A stretch of 64,000 nt of DNA from NCBI GenBank assembly GCA_964456505.1, contig CAYWAH010000001.1, positions 37,464 through 101,463 on the forward strand, in the 5' to 3' direction. The notes below the pieces were generated by a model. The model did no database searches, was not told the DNA's origin, and saw only the letters and a program-made list of their open reading frames with translations. The translations under genes and the position numbers were made by a program. This stretch comes from an uncultured Clostridium sp. GTDB lineage: Bacteria; Bacillota; Clostridia; TANB77; CAG-508. Below, one piece after another: positions 36,821 to 47,492 of this stretch; position 1 is the stretch's first letter, and every line of letters begins with the position of its first letter.

Positions 36821-37642
36821 ATGAATAGTTTTTCAATGCAAATAAAAGAGGAACTAGGTCAAATAAATAATCTTTCGAAAAAAGAATTTGTTAAGCAAGA
36901 ACTTGCTGGATATTTTTCAACTTTTGATAGTACAACTTTTTCAACAGAGAGTGAATACAATATAAATCGCTTTGCAAAACTTTTAGAAAATGCTGGAGAG
37001 AAAAATTATTCTATAGGAATTAAAGGAAAAGTATATACAATTAAATTAAAGAAAAGAATTGATATAGAAGTTGACTTGACAGATGAAAATTGTGCAAAGA
37101 ATTATGCAAGAGGTGCATTTATGGCAACAGGCACAATAAATAATCCTCAAAATATTTATCATATAGAAATTACTTTTGATGAAAAAGAAAATGCTGAAAC
37201 GTTTGAAAATCTTTTAATAGATAGAGAACTAAAATTTAAAATTCATAATAGAAAAGAAAAATACATTGTATATAGTGAAGATGGAGATAGCATATCAAGT
37301 TTTCTAGCATTTATTGGAGCAAATAAAAGTGTACTCAAATTTGAAGAAACTAGAGTTTTAAAAAATGTACGTAATAGGGTTAACAGAATGGTTAATTATG
37401 AAACTGCAAATATGGGAAAAACAATTAAATCATCAGTAGTTCAAATAAACTATATCAACAAATTAAAAGACAGCAAAAAATTTGATATTCTTACAGATAA
37501 AGAAAAAGAGTTAGCAAATTTAAGACTCAAAAATCCAGAAGCAAGTTTAATTGATTTAGGAAATATGCTTGAACCTAAAATTGGAAAATCTGGAGTATAT
37601 CACAGAATGGAAAGCATTATTAATAAAGCAAAAAGCATTTAG
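36821..37642 (+). CDS. whiA: DNA-binding protein WhiA
   Basis: The N-terminus SFSMQIKEELGQI resembles the WhiA SFSSEVKEEL. A LAGLIDADG-like core and a C-terminal HTH are present. Confidence 0.6.
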   Translation: MNSFSMQIKEELGQINNLSKKEFVKQELAGYFSTFDSTTFSTESEYNINRFAKLLENAGEKNYSIGIKGKVYTIKLKKRIDIEVDLTDENCAKNYARGAFMATGTINNPQNIYHIEITFDEKENAETFENLLIDRELKFKIHNRKEKYIVYSEDGDSISSFLAFIGANKSVLKFEETRVLKNVRNRVNRMVNYETANMGKTIKSSVVQINYINKLKDSKKFDILTDKEKELANLRLKNPEASLIDLGNMLEPKIGKSGVYHRMESIINKAKSI

Positions 37643-37763
37643 CTAATTAAAGTAGATTCAAGAACACATAAAACTGAAGCAAAAAAATGTTAGACTATAA
37701 AGAATACATAAGAATATGTGAAATAAAAAAATTAAACAATGCAAAATAAATGAAGGAATAAAT

Positions 37764-38897
37764 ATGAAAGAAATTGGAGCATATATTCATATTCCATTTT
37801 GTAAACATAAATGTAGCTATTGTGATTTTGTATCATTTGCAGGTAAAGATGATTTGATACAACAATATATTAAATGTTTGAAAGATGAAATAAGAATAAA
37901 GAAAAATAATGATTATTTAGTCAAAACAATTTATATAGGTGGTGGAACGCCATCATATATAAGCGCGAAAAGTATAAAAGACATATTAAATGTAATAAGA
38001 GAAAAATTCAAAATTGATGATAATGCAGAAATTACAATAGAAATTAATCCTGGAACTGTTGATGAAGAAAAAATGCAAACATATATTGAAGCAGGAATTA
38101 ACAGAATTAGTGTGGGATTACAATCAGCCAATGATGTACTCTTAAAGGAAATTGATAGAATTCATAATTTTGAGCAATTTTTGGAAACAATTAGAATAGC
38201 AAAAAGTGTTGGATTTTCAAACATAAATGCAGATGTTATGATTGGTCTTCCAAACCAAACAATTTATGATGTAGAAGATACAATCAATTTATTACTAAAG
38301 GAAAATTTACAACATATATCTGTATATTCTTTGATTGTTGAAGATGGTACAAAAATAAAAAAGCAAATTGAGAATAAAAAATTATCTTTGCCAGATGATG
38401 AGATTGAAAGATATATGTATTGGTTTACTAAAAGAAAACTTGAAAAGAATGGATTTATACACTATGAAATTTCAAATTTTGCAAAACCAGGATATGCTTC
38501 AAAACACAATATGGACTGCTGGAATCAAAAAGAATATATTGGATTTGGACTAAATGCCTCGTCATATGAAGATGATGTAAGATATAAAAATACAAGTGAT
38601 TTGAGGGCATATATTAATAACCTTGAAAAAGGGGAACAATTTAAAAATATTCAAATAGAAGAAAGACAAGATAAAAAAGCAAAAATGGATGAATTCTTTT
38701 TGCTTGGATTGAGAAAAATAAATGGGGTTAACTTAAATGAGTTTGAACATAAATTTAATGAAAATCCTATTTTTATCTATAAAGATACTTTTGAAAAATT
38801 ACTTGATGAAGATTTAATTGTTTTTGATATAAACTATGTTAAATTAAGCAAAAAAGGCTTAGATTTAGCAAATCAGGTATGGGAAGAATTTGCTTAA
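37764..38897 (+). CDS. hemW: Radical SAM heme chaperone HemW (HemN-like, oxygen-independent coproporphyrinogen III oxidase family)
   Basis: It carries the radical-SAM cluster motif CKHKCSYCDF and the motifs GGGTPS and a HemN C-terminal domain. Confidence 0.8.
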   Translation: MKEIGAYIHIPFCKHKCSYCDFVSFAGKDDLIQQYIKCLKDEIRIKKNNDYLVKTIYIGGGTPSYISAKSIKDILNVIREKFKIDDNAEITIEINPGTVDEEKMQTYIEAGINRISVGLQSANDVLLKEIDRIHNFEQFLETIRIAKSVGFSNINADVMIGLPNQTIYDVEDTINLLLKENLQHISVYSLIVEDGTKIKKQIENKKLSLPDDEIERYMYWFTKRKLEKNGFIHYEISNFAKPGYASKHNMDCWNQKEYIGFGLNASSYEDDVRYKNTSDLRAYINNLEKGEQFKNIQIEERQDKKAKMDEFFLLGLRKINGVNLNEFEHKFNENPIFIYKDTFEKLLDEDLIVFDINYVKLSKKGLDLANQVWEEFA

Positions 38898-38976
38898 AAA
38901 TGTTAGCTAAGTAATTGACTTTACAATATTGCAATGCTAAAATATTATGTAGAAAAACAAAGGAGTTAATACAAAA

Positions 38977-39246
38977 ATGGCAGAACTAAGCAAGAAAAAT
39001 AAAAAGACAGAAAAAGAAGTAAAAAAAGAAGATATTAAAAATAAAGAAAATAAAATAGAAATTGAAAATGATTCTGAAGAAGATAAAAAAACCAAAAAAC
39101 TAGCAAAGAAAAAAGAAAAGAAAGAAAAAACAAAGCATCACTTTAGAGATGGTGCAATTAGAATTACTGCTCTAATTATTGCGTTATTAATGATATTTGC
39201 AGTATGCGCTTCTCTAGTATTTTACTTAGTATATGCAAATAAATAA
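38977..39246 (+). CDS. Small Lys/Glu-rich protein with C-terminal TM helix
   Basis: The 89 aa protein has a highly charged N-terminus and a C-terminal TM helix (ITALIIALLMIFAVCASLVFYLVY). It is preceded by a GGAG RBS. Confidence 0.35.
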   Translation: MAELSKKNKKTEKEVKKEDIKNKENKIEIENDSEEDKKTKKLAKKKEKKEKTKHHFRDGAIRITALIIALLMIFAVCASLVFYLVYANK

Positions 39247-39271
39247 AATGATGAAATAGAAAGGAAAAGAG

Positions 39272-40216
39272 ATGAATAGTTTGAATAAACAATTCACATT
39301 TGATATTTCACAATATACACAAGAAATAACACAAAATCCTTGGGAGATTGTTACATTAATTTTAGATATATTAATTGTTGCTTTTTTGATTTATGAGTTT
39401 ATAAAACTTGCAAAAAAATCAAAAGTATGGCAATTAATAAAAGGAATATTCTTTTTAATTATCATAACAATTTTAAGTGGATTATTAAAGATGCATATAC
39501 TTAATTTTATATTGTCATCTATTATGACATATGGTGTAATTGCACTTTTAATAATATTCCAACCAGAGTTAAGAAGAGGACTTGAAAGATTAGGATCAAA
39601 TACAATTCTTACAAAATTCTTTGGAATTGATGAAAGCATTAGAGATAAAACAAGAGAAACAATTTACAAAGTTGCAATTGCAACAGAAGAACTTGCTAAA
39701 ACAAAAACAGGTGCTTTGATAATATTTGAAAGAGAAGTAAAACTTCAAGATATTATTGATACAGGAATTCAAATTGATGCAGAAGTTTCTCCACAATTAC
39801 TAGTAAATACATTCGTACCAAACACACCATTACATGATGGAGCAGTTATTATAAGCAATAACAAAGTAGCATGTGCTGCAGCAATCTTACCACTTGCAGA
39901 TGATAAAGATATTTCAAAAAAATTAGGGACAAGACATAGAGCAGCAATTGGTATTTCAAAAGAAACTGATGCTATTTCAGTTGTCGTTTCTGAAGAAACT
40001 GGAAAGATTTCAATTGCAAGAGATGGCACACTTATTGCAGATGTAACAATTGATTCATTAAAGAGAATATTGTTCAAGCAATTAGTTACTTCAAGATTTG
40101 GCACAGATGAAAGAGCAAAGAAGATAACAGATTTTAAGAATAAAATCAACAATAAAAAAGAAACAAAAAAGGATTCTATGACAAAGGAAAAAATAGATAC
40201 AAAAGAAACAAAATAG
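39272..40216 (+). CDS. cdaA: Diadenylate cyclase CdaA (DacA), membrane-anchored
   Basis: Three N-terminal TM helices precede a DAC domain with the motifs DGAVII and GTRHRAA. Confidence 0.8.
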   Translation: MNSLNKQFTFDISQYTQEITQNPWEIVTLILDILIVAFLIYEFIKLAKKSKVWQLIKGIFFLIIITILSGLLKMHILNFILSSIMTYGVIALLIIFQPELRRGLERLGSNTILTKFFGIDESIRDKTRETIYKVAIATEELAKTKTGALIIFEREVKLQDIIDTGIQIDAEVSPQLLVNTFVPNTPLHDGAVIISNNKVACAAAILPLADDKDISKKLGTRHRAAIGISKETDAISVVVSEETGKISIARDGTLIADVTIDSLKRILFKQLVTSRFGTDERAKKITDFKNKINNKKETKKDSMTKEKIDTKETK

Positions 40217-40245
40217 GGCTCATAATAAGAGCCCTATTATTATTA
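40213..40245 (+). terminator. Rho-independent terminator after cdaA
   Basis: The stem ATAGGGCTC / GAGCCCTAT is followed by TATTATT. Confidence 0.6.
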
Positions 40246-40373
40246 AAAAATAATAATAAAAAAATATTATTTATTTTGTTATTAATTAAAAACATATAAT
40301 TTAAAAAATGCAAAATTTAGCAATTATTTATATGCAATTAAAAATAAAAAATAAAAAGTAAATGGAGAGATAA

Positions 40374-41111
40374 ATGCGTAATATTAAAATAACAATAGAA
40401 TATGATGGAAAAGATTTTAATGGCTGGCAAAAACAACCTAATAAATTGAATATTCAAGGAGAAATAGAAAGAGCAATTGAAATTGTAACAGGAGAAAAAG
40501 TTGATTTAATTGGTTCTGGAAGAACCGATGCAGGTGTAAATGCATTAAATCAGGTTGCAAATTTTAAAATTGAAAATAATATTCCAATTGAAAAAATTCC
40601 TTATGCGCTAAATTCACAACTAAAAAAATCTATTAGAATAAAAAAGGCAGAAGAAGTTGATGAAAGATTTCACAGTAGATATCATTGCAAGAAAAAAACA
40701 TACCAATATACAATAAATAATTCAGAACAAGGGACTGCAATTTATAGATATATGCAATATCATTATCAATATAAACTTGATGAAAATAAAATGAATGAGG
40801 CTGTAAAATATTTGATTGGAGAGCACGATTTCAAATCTTTTAAAGCAAGTGGCGGAAGCGGAAAAACAACTGTTAGAGTTATTTATGATGCAAGTGTAAA
40901 AAGAGATGGAGATTTAATTTATATTACACTAACAGGAAATGGTTTTTTATATAATATGATTAGAATTATAGCAGGTACATTGATTGAAATTGGAGAAGAA
41001 AAATATGAACCTTCAAAAATGAAAGAAATTCTTGATGCAAAAGATAGAAGTTTGGCTGGAAAAACTTTGCCAGCCAATGGACTATGTTTGATGAATGTAA
41101 TTTATGATTAA
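40374..41111 (+). CDS. truA: tRNA pseudouridine(38-40) synthase TruA
   Basis: The N-terminus IEYDGKDFNGWQKQPN matches, and the catalytic Asp lies in GSGRTDAGVNA. Confidence 0.85.
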   Translation: MRNIKITIEYDGKDFNGWQKQPNKLNIQGEIERAIEIVTGEKVDLIGSGRTDAGVNALNQVANFKIENNIPIEKIPYALNSQLKKSIRIKKAEEVDERFHSRYHCKKKTYQYTINNSEQGTAIYRYMQYHYQYKLDENKMNEAVKYLIGEHDFKSFKASGGSGKTTVRVIYDASVKRDGDLIYITLTGNGFLYNMIRIIAGTLIEIGEEKYEPSKMKEILDAKDRSLAGKTLPANGLCLMNVIYD

Positions 41112-41160
41112 AATAGATTGCTAAAATTTTTATAAAATAAGATAAGAAAAAATATTGAAA

Positions 41161-41189
41161 GTTTATAGGAAACTTTTTAAAACCTAAAT
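41161..41189 (+). promoter_or_regulatory. Conserved 30-nt motif, copy A (GTTTATAGGAAAC-TTTTTAAAACCTAAAT), upstream of mutS2
   Basis: It is about 85% identical to 48032-48061. A 5-bp hairpin AGTTT-ATAGG-AAACT is followed by AAAACCTAAAT. Confidence 0.4.
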
Positions 41190-41210
41190 TGATTTATGAG
41201 GGAAAATAAA

Positions 41211-43415
41211 ATGCTTGAAAAATATTTAGACAAACTAGAATATAATGTAATTAGAGATTCATTGGAAAACGAGTGTGAAACATTTGAAGGAAAAAAGATT
41301 GCTTCAAAGTTAACACCATCATCTGATGAAGAAACAGTAAAAAAATTACTTGAAGAAACAACCTCTGGTTGCAATTTATATCATTTAAGAGGAAGCGCAC
41401 CAATTTCACAAATTGATGATATGAGTTTAATATTAAAAAGAATACAAAGTAACATTTTACTTAATGCAAAATCTCTTTTGGATATTGCAGAAATTTTAAA
41501 TACAGCAAAAGAATTAAAAAAATATGTTGCAAATATTGATGAAACAGAGTATTCTTTAATTTCAAATTTGTTTAATGACTTATATGTAAATGATAATATT
41601 TACGAAAAAATATGCTTTTCAATTATTTCAGAGGATGAAATTTCTGATAATGCTTCAAAAAAGTTAGCATCAATCAGAAGAAATAAAAAGAATTTGGAAT
41701 TGCAAATAAAGTCACAATTAAACAAAATAATTCATTCAACAACATATTCAAAATATATTATGGATCCTGTAATTACAGTAAGAAATGACAGATATGTTGT
41801 TCCTGTAAAAGAAGAATATAGAAATCAAGTTAAAGGATTTGTACACGATATATCACAAAGCAAATCCACTGTATACATTGAGCCAATGGCTGTTTTTGAG
41901 ATAAATAATAGTATAAATAATTTAACAATTGAGGAGCAAAATGAAATAGCAAGAATACTTGAAAATTTATCAGAGATGGTGTATCCAATTTCAAATTTGA
42001 TAAAGCAAGATGTTGAAATAATTGGAAAGTTAGATTTCATTTTTTCAAAAGTAAAGTATGCTGTAAATAACGATTGCACTTGCCCTAACATTACGAATTA
42101 TATTGAATTTAAAAATGCTAGACATCCACTTATTGATAAAGAAAAAGTTGTACCAATAACTATAGAAGTAGGAAAGAAAGATTTTACTACGTTAGTTATT
42201 ACAGGACCTAACACAGGAGGAAAAACTGTTACATTAAAAACGGTAGGACTATTGTCTGCGATGGCACAATCAGGAATGCATATTCCAGTACAAGAGGGGA
42301 GCTCAATAAAAGTATTTGACAATATTTTTGCAGACATAGGAGATGAACAAAGTATTGAAGAATCATTAAGTACTTTTTCATCACATATAAAAAATATTGT
42401 ACAAATATTATCAATGTTTACAGAAAAAAGTTTGATTTTAGTTGATGAGCTAGGCTCTGGAACAGACCCAATTGAAGGTGCAAATTTAGCAATTAGTTTA
42501 CTAGAAACGTTTAACAAAAAAGGTGCTTTTACAATTGCTACAACACACTATCATGAAATAAAAACCTATTGTTTATCACACGAAGGATTTGAAAATGCTA
42601 GTTGTGAATTTGATATTAAGAAAATGCAACCAACATATCATTTATTACTTGGAATTCCTGGAAAGAGTAATGCATTTGCAATTTGTAAAGAACTTGGAAT
42701 ATCTTATGAAATAATTGATAGAGCATCAAGTTTGATAAGCAAGCCGGATACAGATATTGAAACAATAATGAAGCAAATGCATGATGACAAAGTTGAAGTT
42801 GAAAAAATAAAAATAGAAGAGCAAAAGAACTTAAATCAAATAGAATTGTTGAGAAAAGATTTGCAGAAAGAATATTCTGATAAACTTCAAAAAGAAGAAG
42901 AAAAGATAGAAGAATCTAAAAAGAAAGCCAAAGAAATTTTAGTTGATGCAAAGGAAGAAGCAAATAGAATAATAAACAATTTATCAAAGCTTGATTCTAA
43001 AGATGCTAAAAAAGCAAATCAATTACGTAGTGAACTTGATAATGATCTAAACAAATTTGGTGGAGATAATTTGGATTTTTCAAACTTGTTGAAATTAAAT
43101 AACAAGGAAACAAAATCTTTAGATAAAAATAATAATAGCAGTGTCCATATACATAATAACAAAGCATCAACAGTTTCATCTGAAATAAATTTAATAGGCG
43201 AGACAGTACAAGATGGCTGTGAAATCCTTGATAAATATTTAGACAATGCAAAAATGGCAAATCTAAAAACAGTAAGAGTAATTCATGGAAAAGGCTCTGG
43301 AAAATTACGTGAGGGAATTCATAAATATTTAAAGAATTCAAAATATGTAAAGGACTTTCATATTGCTTCTTATGGAGAAGGAGATTATGGAGTAACGATA
43401 GTTGAATTAAAATAG
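41211..43415 (+). CDS. mutS2: Endonuclease MutS2 (MutS domain + C-terminal Smr)
   Basis: A GAGGGA RBS lies 8 nt upstream. It carries the Walker A motif GPNTGGKT and a C-terminal Smr domain (VIHGKGSGKLR). Confidence 0.85.
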   Translation: MLEKYLDKLEYNVIRDSLENECETFEGKKIASKLTPSSDEETVKKLLEETTSGCNLYHLRGSAPISQIDDMSLILKRIQSNILLNAKSLLDIAEILNTAKELKKYVANIDETEYSLISNLFNDLYVNDNIYEKICFSIISEDEISDNASKKLASIRRNKKNLELQIKSQLNKIIHSTTYSKYIMDPVITVRNDRYVVPVKEEYRNQVKGFVHDISQSKSTVYIEPMAVFEINNSINNLTIEEQNEIARILENLSEMVYPISNLIKQDVEIIGKLDFIFSKVKYAVNNDCTCPNITNYIEFKNARHPLIDKEKVVPITIEVGKKDFTTLVITGPNTGGKTVTLKTVGLLSAMAQSGMHIPVQEGSSIKVFDNIFADIGDEQSIEESLSTFSSHIKNIVQILSMFTEKSLILVDELGSGTDPIEGANLAISLLETFNKKGAFTIATTHYHEIKTYCLSHEGFENASCEFDIKKMQPTYHLLLGIPGKSNAFAICKELGISYEIIDRASSLISKPDTDIETIMKQMHDDKVEVEKIKIEEQKNLNQIELLRKDLQKEYSDKLQKEEEKIEESKKKAKEILVDAKEEANRIINNLSKLDSKDAKKANQLRSELDNDLNKFGGDNLDFSNLLKLNNKETKSLDKNNNSSVHIHNNKASTVSSEINLIGETVQDGCEILDKYLDNAKMANLKTVRVIHGKGSGKLREGIHKYLKNSKYVKDFHIASYGEGDYGVTIVELK

Positions 43416-43577
43416 TTAAATTTATTTTATTGTAATATTTTATCGTAATTTTTTTATTATTAAAATGTATAAATTTTATAAAATTATTTAAAATATTTTG
43501 TAGATTTCTGTTGTATTTTATTTTTCTTGGTGTTATAATTTTAGTATAATTTGAAGAAAAAAGGAAAGGATAGTAAT

Positions 43578-45128
43578 ATGAAAAAGTTAACAAAATTAGT
43601 TGCTATTTTAATGGCATTTATGTTAGTTATGTTACCTACTTTTGCCTTAGCAGATACACAAGTTGCAAAAGAACAAGCTACTATGACATTAGTAAAAGAT
43701 GACAAGGCAGACGTAAAATTTGGAAAATATGGAGAATTTACAAAATCAAAGAGTGATTTCAATGCAACAAACAAAACAATTGATATTACTCTAACTGTAA
43801 AAAATAATGCTGAAAAGGCTAAACAATTACCAGGAGAAGTTGTTCTTTTAATTGATTCATCAGGAAGTATGGACAAAAATAAAGTAACAATAGATGGAAC
43901 TGAAATGACAAGAAAACAAGCAGTTCTATCTGCAGCAAATACATTAATTAATAAATTATATGAAATAAAACCAGACATTAAGATTGGTATTGCAGAATAT
44001 GCAACAGCAAAAGATGCTGCAAAAAGAGGAACAATGGATGATGCATTTGTAAATACTGCATTAACATCAAACAAAGATACTGTTACATCAGGTTTATCAA
44101 ATGTAGGAAAACATGATTTCTTTACCCAAACAGATATTGAGGCTGGAATCGACACAGCAAAGTCAATGTTTTCAAAAGATACAACATCAAAAAAATATAT
44201 TATATTATTAACAGATGGTATTCCAAATGTTTCACTAGGTAAATATGCAAGTGAGGATAAACATTTATACTATTATGAAAGAGATCAATTTGATGCTACA
44301 AAGAAAGCATTAACAGATGCGACTTCAAAAGGATATAATATTATTTCTGGATTAATTGATATGTTAACAGATACAGTTGAGAATTCTGTTACACTAAAAG
44401 AATCAAATTCAACATCTACTGATGAAGAAATTCAAAACATGACAAAGAAAGAAGCTGTAGAATATATTTTTGGAACACAAGATGCTCCTACAACAGGAAT
44501 GGTATTTAATGTAGCAGACAAAAATATTATTACTGTTATTTCAGAAAATATATTTGATGCATTAGTTGGAGAAGTTTATTCACTAACAGACATTAATATT
44601 GATGATGTAATACCAGATAATATTTACAATAACTTTAATGTTTCATTCATTTCATTTGAAAGTAGTGTTAAAGGAAAAGGTAATAAAATAGACACAACAG
44701 CACCTGACATTGAATATAATTTAGTTCATGACAAAGCAGCAGGCTCTGACACTGCAAAAATGTGGGATGCTAAATATACTGCTAAAAATAAAACGATTAA
44801 TTTGAAACTTGATGTGCTAGATCCTCAAGAAACATGTACATTAGTTTATAGATTAACGTTGAAAGACAAATTTAGTAGTGATATATTGGACAAAGATTTA
44901 CCAACAAATAAAAATGTAACGATTAACTATTCTGAAAATGGTAAAGCTGGTACACCTGTTACTACACCAAAATGTCCAGCAGTTAAATTAACAATTCCAA
45001 AAGTTGCAAAACCAATTCCACAAACAGGAACAAAAGCAAATACAATTATTTTATCTGTAGTTGTTTTAGGAACAGTATTAGCAATTGCTATTGTAAGTAT
45101 TGTTAATTACAAAAAAAATAGTTTATAA
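43578..45128 (+). CDS. Sortase-anchored surface protein with von Willebrand factor A (VWA) domain
   Basis: An AAAGGAAAGGA RBS precedes the start. The signal peptide is cleaved near ALA-DT. The MIDAS motif is DSSGSM. The C-terminal cell-wall sorting signal is IPQTG, followed by a hydrophobic stretch and KKNSL. Confidence 0.65.
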   Translation: MKKLTKLVAILMAFMLVMLPTFALADTQVAKEQATMTLVKDDKADVKFGKYGEFTKSKSDFNATNKTIDITLTVKNNAEKAKQLPGEVVLLIDSSGSMDKNKVTIDGTEMTRKQAVLSAANTLINKLYEIKPDIKIGIAEYATAKDAAKRGTMDDAFVNTALTSNKDTVTSGLSNVGKHDFFTQTDIEAGIDTAKSMFSKDTTSKKYIILLTDGIPNVSLGKYASEDKHLYYYERDQFDATKKALTDATSKGYNIISGLIDMLTDTVENSVTLKESNSTSTDEEIQNMTKKEAVEYIFGTQDAPTTGMVFNVADKNIITVISENIFDALVGEVYSLTDINIDDVIPDNIYNNFNVSFISFESSVKGKGNKIDTTAPDIEYNLVHDKAAGSDTAKMWDAKYTAKNKTINLKLDVLDPQETCTLVYRLTLKDKFSSDILDKDLPTNKNVTINYSENGKAGTPVTTPKCPAVKLTIPKVAKPIPQTGTKANTIILSVVVLGTVLAIAIVSIVNYKKNSL

Positions 45129-45150
45129 TATAAAATTATAAAGTAAAATA

Positions 45151-45195
45151 AAATCCAATTGTTTAATGAAAGTTAGCAATTGGATTTATTTTTAT
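45151..45195 (+). terminator. Rho-independent terminator after the VWA protein
   Basis: The stem AAATCCAATTG / CAATTGGATTT has a 16-nt loop and is followed by ATTTTTAT. Confidence 0.55.
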
Positions 45196-45260
45196 ATGAA
45201 AAAATTTGTTGATAAGTTTCATTTTGTGTGTTAAAATATGTAAAAATAGAAAGGCAAAAA

Positions 45261-47480
45261 ATGATAGCAGAAGTAATAATTGAAAGTAGTGTAAACAATT
45301 TAAATCATACATTTGATTATGAAATTCCAAGCGACATTGATGTTCATATTGGAAGCAGAGTTTTTGTGCCTTTCGGAAATAAGAAAAGTTTAGAGCAGGG
45401 GATTGTTATCAACATTAAAGAAAACACAAATTATAAAGTGAAACCAATAAGCGCTTTACAAAAAGAACAAATAAATGATGAATATATAGAGCTTGCAAAA
45501 TGGATGTCAAAAAGATACTTCTGTAATCTTGCAGATTGCTTAAGGCTAATGCTCCCACCTGGTAGAACCTCTAAAAACATAGAAAACAGAATTGATGATA
45601 AAAAAATATATTGCATTAGTTTAGCTAATCCAAAAGAAGAAACTGAAAGAATTTTAAGTGAAGAAAAATTTAGATCTGATAAGCAAAAAAGAGTTCTTGA
45701 ATTTTTAATTAATAATAATAATTCAAGCATTCAAGATATTGAAATGTTTACAGGAGAAGACCTTGCAGTAGTAAACGCATTAGTAAAAAAAGGATATGTA
45801 AAAAAAGAACTTGCTAAAGTTGAAAGAAATCCGCTTATCAACAGAGATGTTGTGAGAACTGTGGATTTAAAATTAAATGATGAACAGCAAAATGCTTTCA
45901 ATTCAATTAAAGATAATGGGGAATATTTGATTTATGGAATTACTGGTTCTGGAAAAACAGAAATTTATTTGCAGTTAATTGAAAGAATGCTTAAGCAAAA
46001 TAAATCAAGTATTATGTTAGTACCGGAAATTTCTTTAACACCACAAACGATTGAAAGGTTTGTAGCAAGATTTGGAAGTGAACAAATTGCTGTATTGCAT
46101 AGCAAACTTTCTGTTGGAGAAAGATTTGACGAATGGAATAAAATAAAGGAAGGTAGAGCAAAGATTATTATTGGGGCAAGATCTGCAATTTTTGCTCCTT
46201 GTGTTAATCTTGGTTTAATTGTTATTGATGAAGAGCATGATGAGTCATATCAATCTGAAAAAAAGCCTGAATATTCTGCTATTGAAGTTAGTGAATTTTT
46301 AGCTGATAGATTAAATATTCCACTTGTTCTTGGAAGCGCAACACCTGATATGAAAACATTTAATAGAGCCAAGAACAATGAAATAAAATTGCTAACTATA
46401 AAAAATAGGGCAAATTCAAGCACATTACCAGATGTAGAAATTGTTGACTTAAGAGATGAACTTGCTAAAGGCAATAAAAGTATGATTAGTAGAAAGTTGA
46501 GAGAAGAAATCAACAAAAATATTGAAAACAAAAAACAGACAATTCTTTTCCTAAATAGAAGAGGATTCTCAACTTTTGTAATGTGTAGAGATTGCGGAGA
46601 AACTATTAAATGCAAGAGATGTAACATCACACTTACATATCATAAAAGAGAAAACAAATTGAAATGTCATTATTGTGGCTATGAACAAAACATAGTAACA
46701 GAATGCCCAAATTGCCATAGCAAAAATATTAGATATTTTGGTGGTGGAACACAAAAACTTGAAGATGAGGTTAAATTGATGTTTCCACAGGCAAGTACAA
46801 TTAGGATGGATATTGATACTGTTACAAAAAAGAATTCTCATGAAATGATTTTGTCAAAATTCAAAAATGAAAATATTGATATTTTAATAGGAACTCAAAT
46901 GGTTGTAAAAGGTCACGATTTTCCTAATGTAACTCTCGTTGGTGTAATTGCTGCAGACACTAATTTAAATATAGGAGATTATAGAGCAAGTGAAATTACA
47001 TTCCAAACTTTAACACAGGTTGCTGGAAGAGCGGGAAGAGGAAAAGATAAAGGAAAAGTTATTATTCAAACATACAATCCTGAACATTATGCAATTGAAT
47101 ATTCAAAAGCGCAAGATTATGATTCATTCTATGATACAGAAATTGGAATAAGAAAAGCATTGAAATATCCGCCATTTTGCGATATAATTGTTTTGAAGAT
47201 GACTTCCAAAAATCAAAATGAATTGAAAAATGTATCCAAAAAAATTCATACATATTTGAAAGATAGAGTAATTAATGAAAAATTTGGAGTTATTCTTTAT
47301 AGCCCAGTTCCATGTCCTATTGATAAAATAAAAGATAGATATAGAATGAGAATTTTAATAAAATGTTTATATGATGAAAAAGTAAATGATTTATTAAATG
47401 GCGCTATGAATGAATATTATAAATTGAAACTTGATACCACAAGATTAAATATTGAGGTAAATCCAAATAATATGTTATAA
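45261..47480 (+). CDS. priA: Primosomal protein N' (PriA helicase)
   Basis: An AAAGG RBS precedes the start. It carries the N-terminal 3'BD (FDYEIP...G.RV.VPFG), the Walker A motif GITGSGKT, the DEEH box, and a Cys-rich Zn-binding insertion (CxxC x4). Confidence 0.85.
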   Translation: MIAEVIIESSVNNLNHTFDYEIPSDIDVHIGSRVFVPFGNKKSLEQGIVINIKENTNYKVKPISALQKEQINDEYIELAKWMSKRYFCNLADCLRLMLPPGRTSKNIENRIDDKKIYCISLANPKEETERILSEEKFRSDKQKRVLEFLINNNNSSIQDIEMFTGEDLAVVNALVKKGYVKKELAKVERNPLINRDVVRTVDLKLNDEQQNAFNSIKDNGEYLIYGITGSGKTEIYLQLIERMLKQNKSSIMLVPEISLTPQTIERFVARFGSEQIAVLHSKLSVGERFDEWNKIKEGRAKIIIGARSAIFAPCVNLGLIVIDEEHDESYQSEKKPEYSAIEVSEFLADRLNIPLVLGSATPDMKTFNRAKNNEIKLLTIKNRANSSTLPDVEIVDLRDELAKGNKSMISRKLREEINKNIENKKQTILFLNRRGFSTFVMCRDCGETIKCKRCNITLTYHKRENKLKCHYCGYEQNIVTECPNCHSKNIRYFGGGTQKLEDEVKLMFPQASTIRMDIDTVTKKNSHEMILSKFKNENIDILIGTQMVVKGHDFPNVTLVGVIAADTNLNIGDYRASEITFQTLTQVAGRAGRGKDKGKVIIQTYNPEHYAIEYSKAQDYDSFYDTEIGIRKALKYPPFCDIIVLKMTSKNQNELKNVSKKIHTYLKDRVINEKFGVILYSPVPCPIDKIKDRYRMRILIKCLYDEKVNDLLNGAMNEYYKLKLDTTRLNIEVNPNNML

Positions 47481-47492
47481 AAGGAGTAATAA

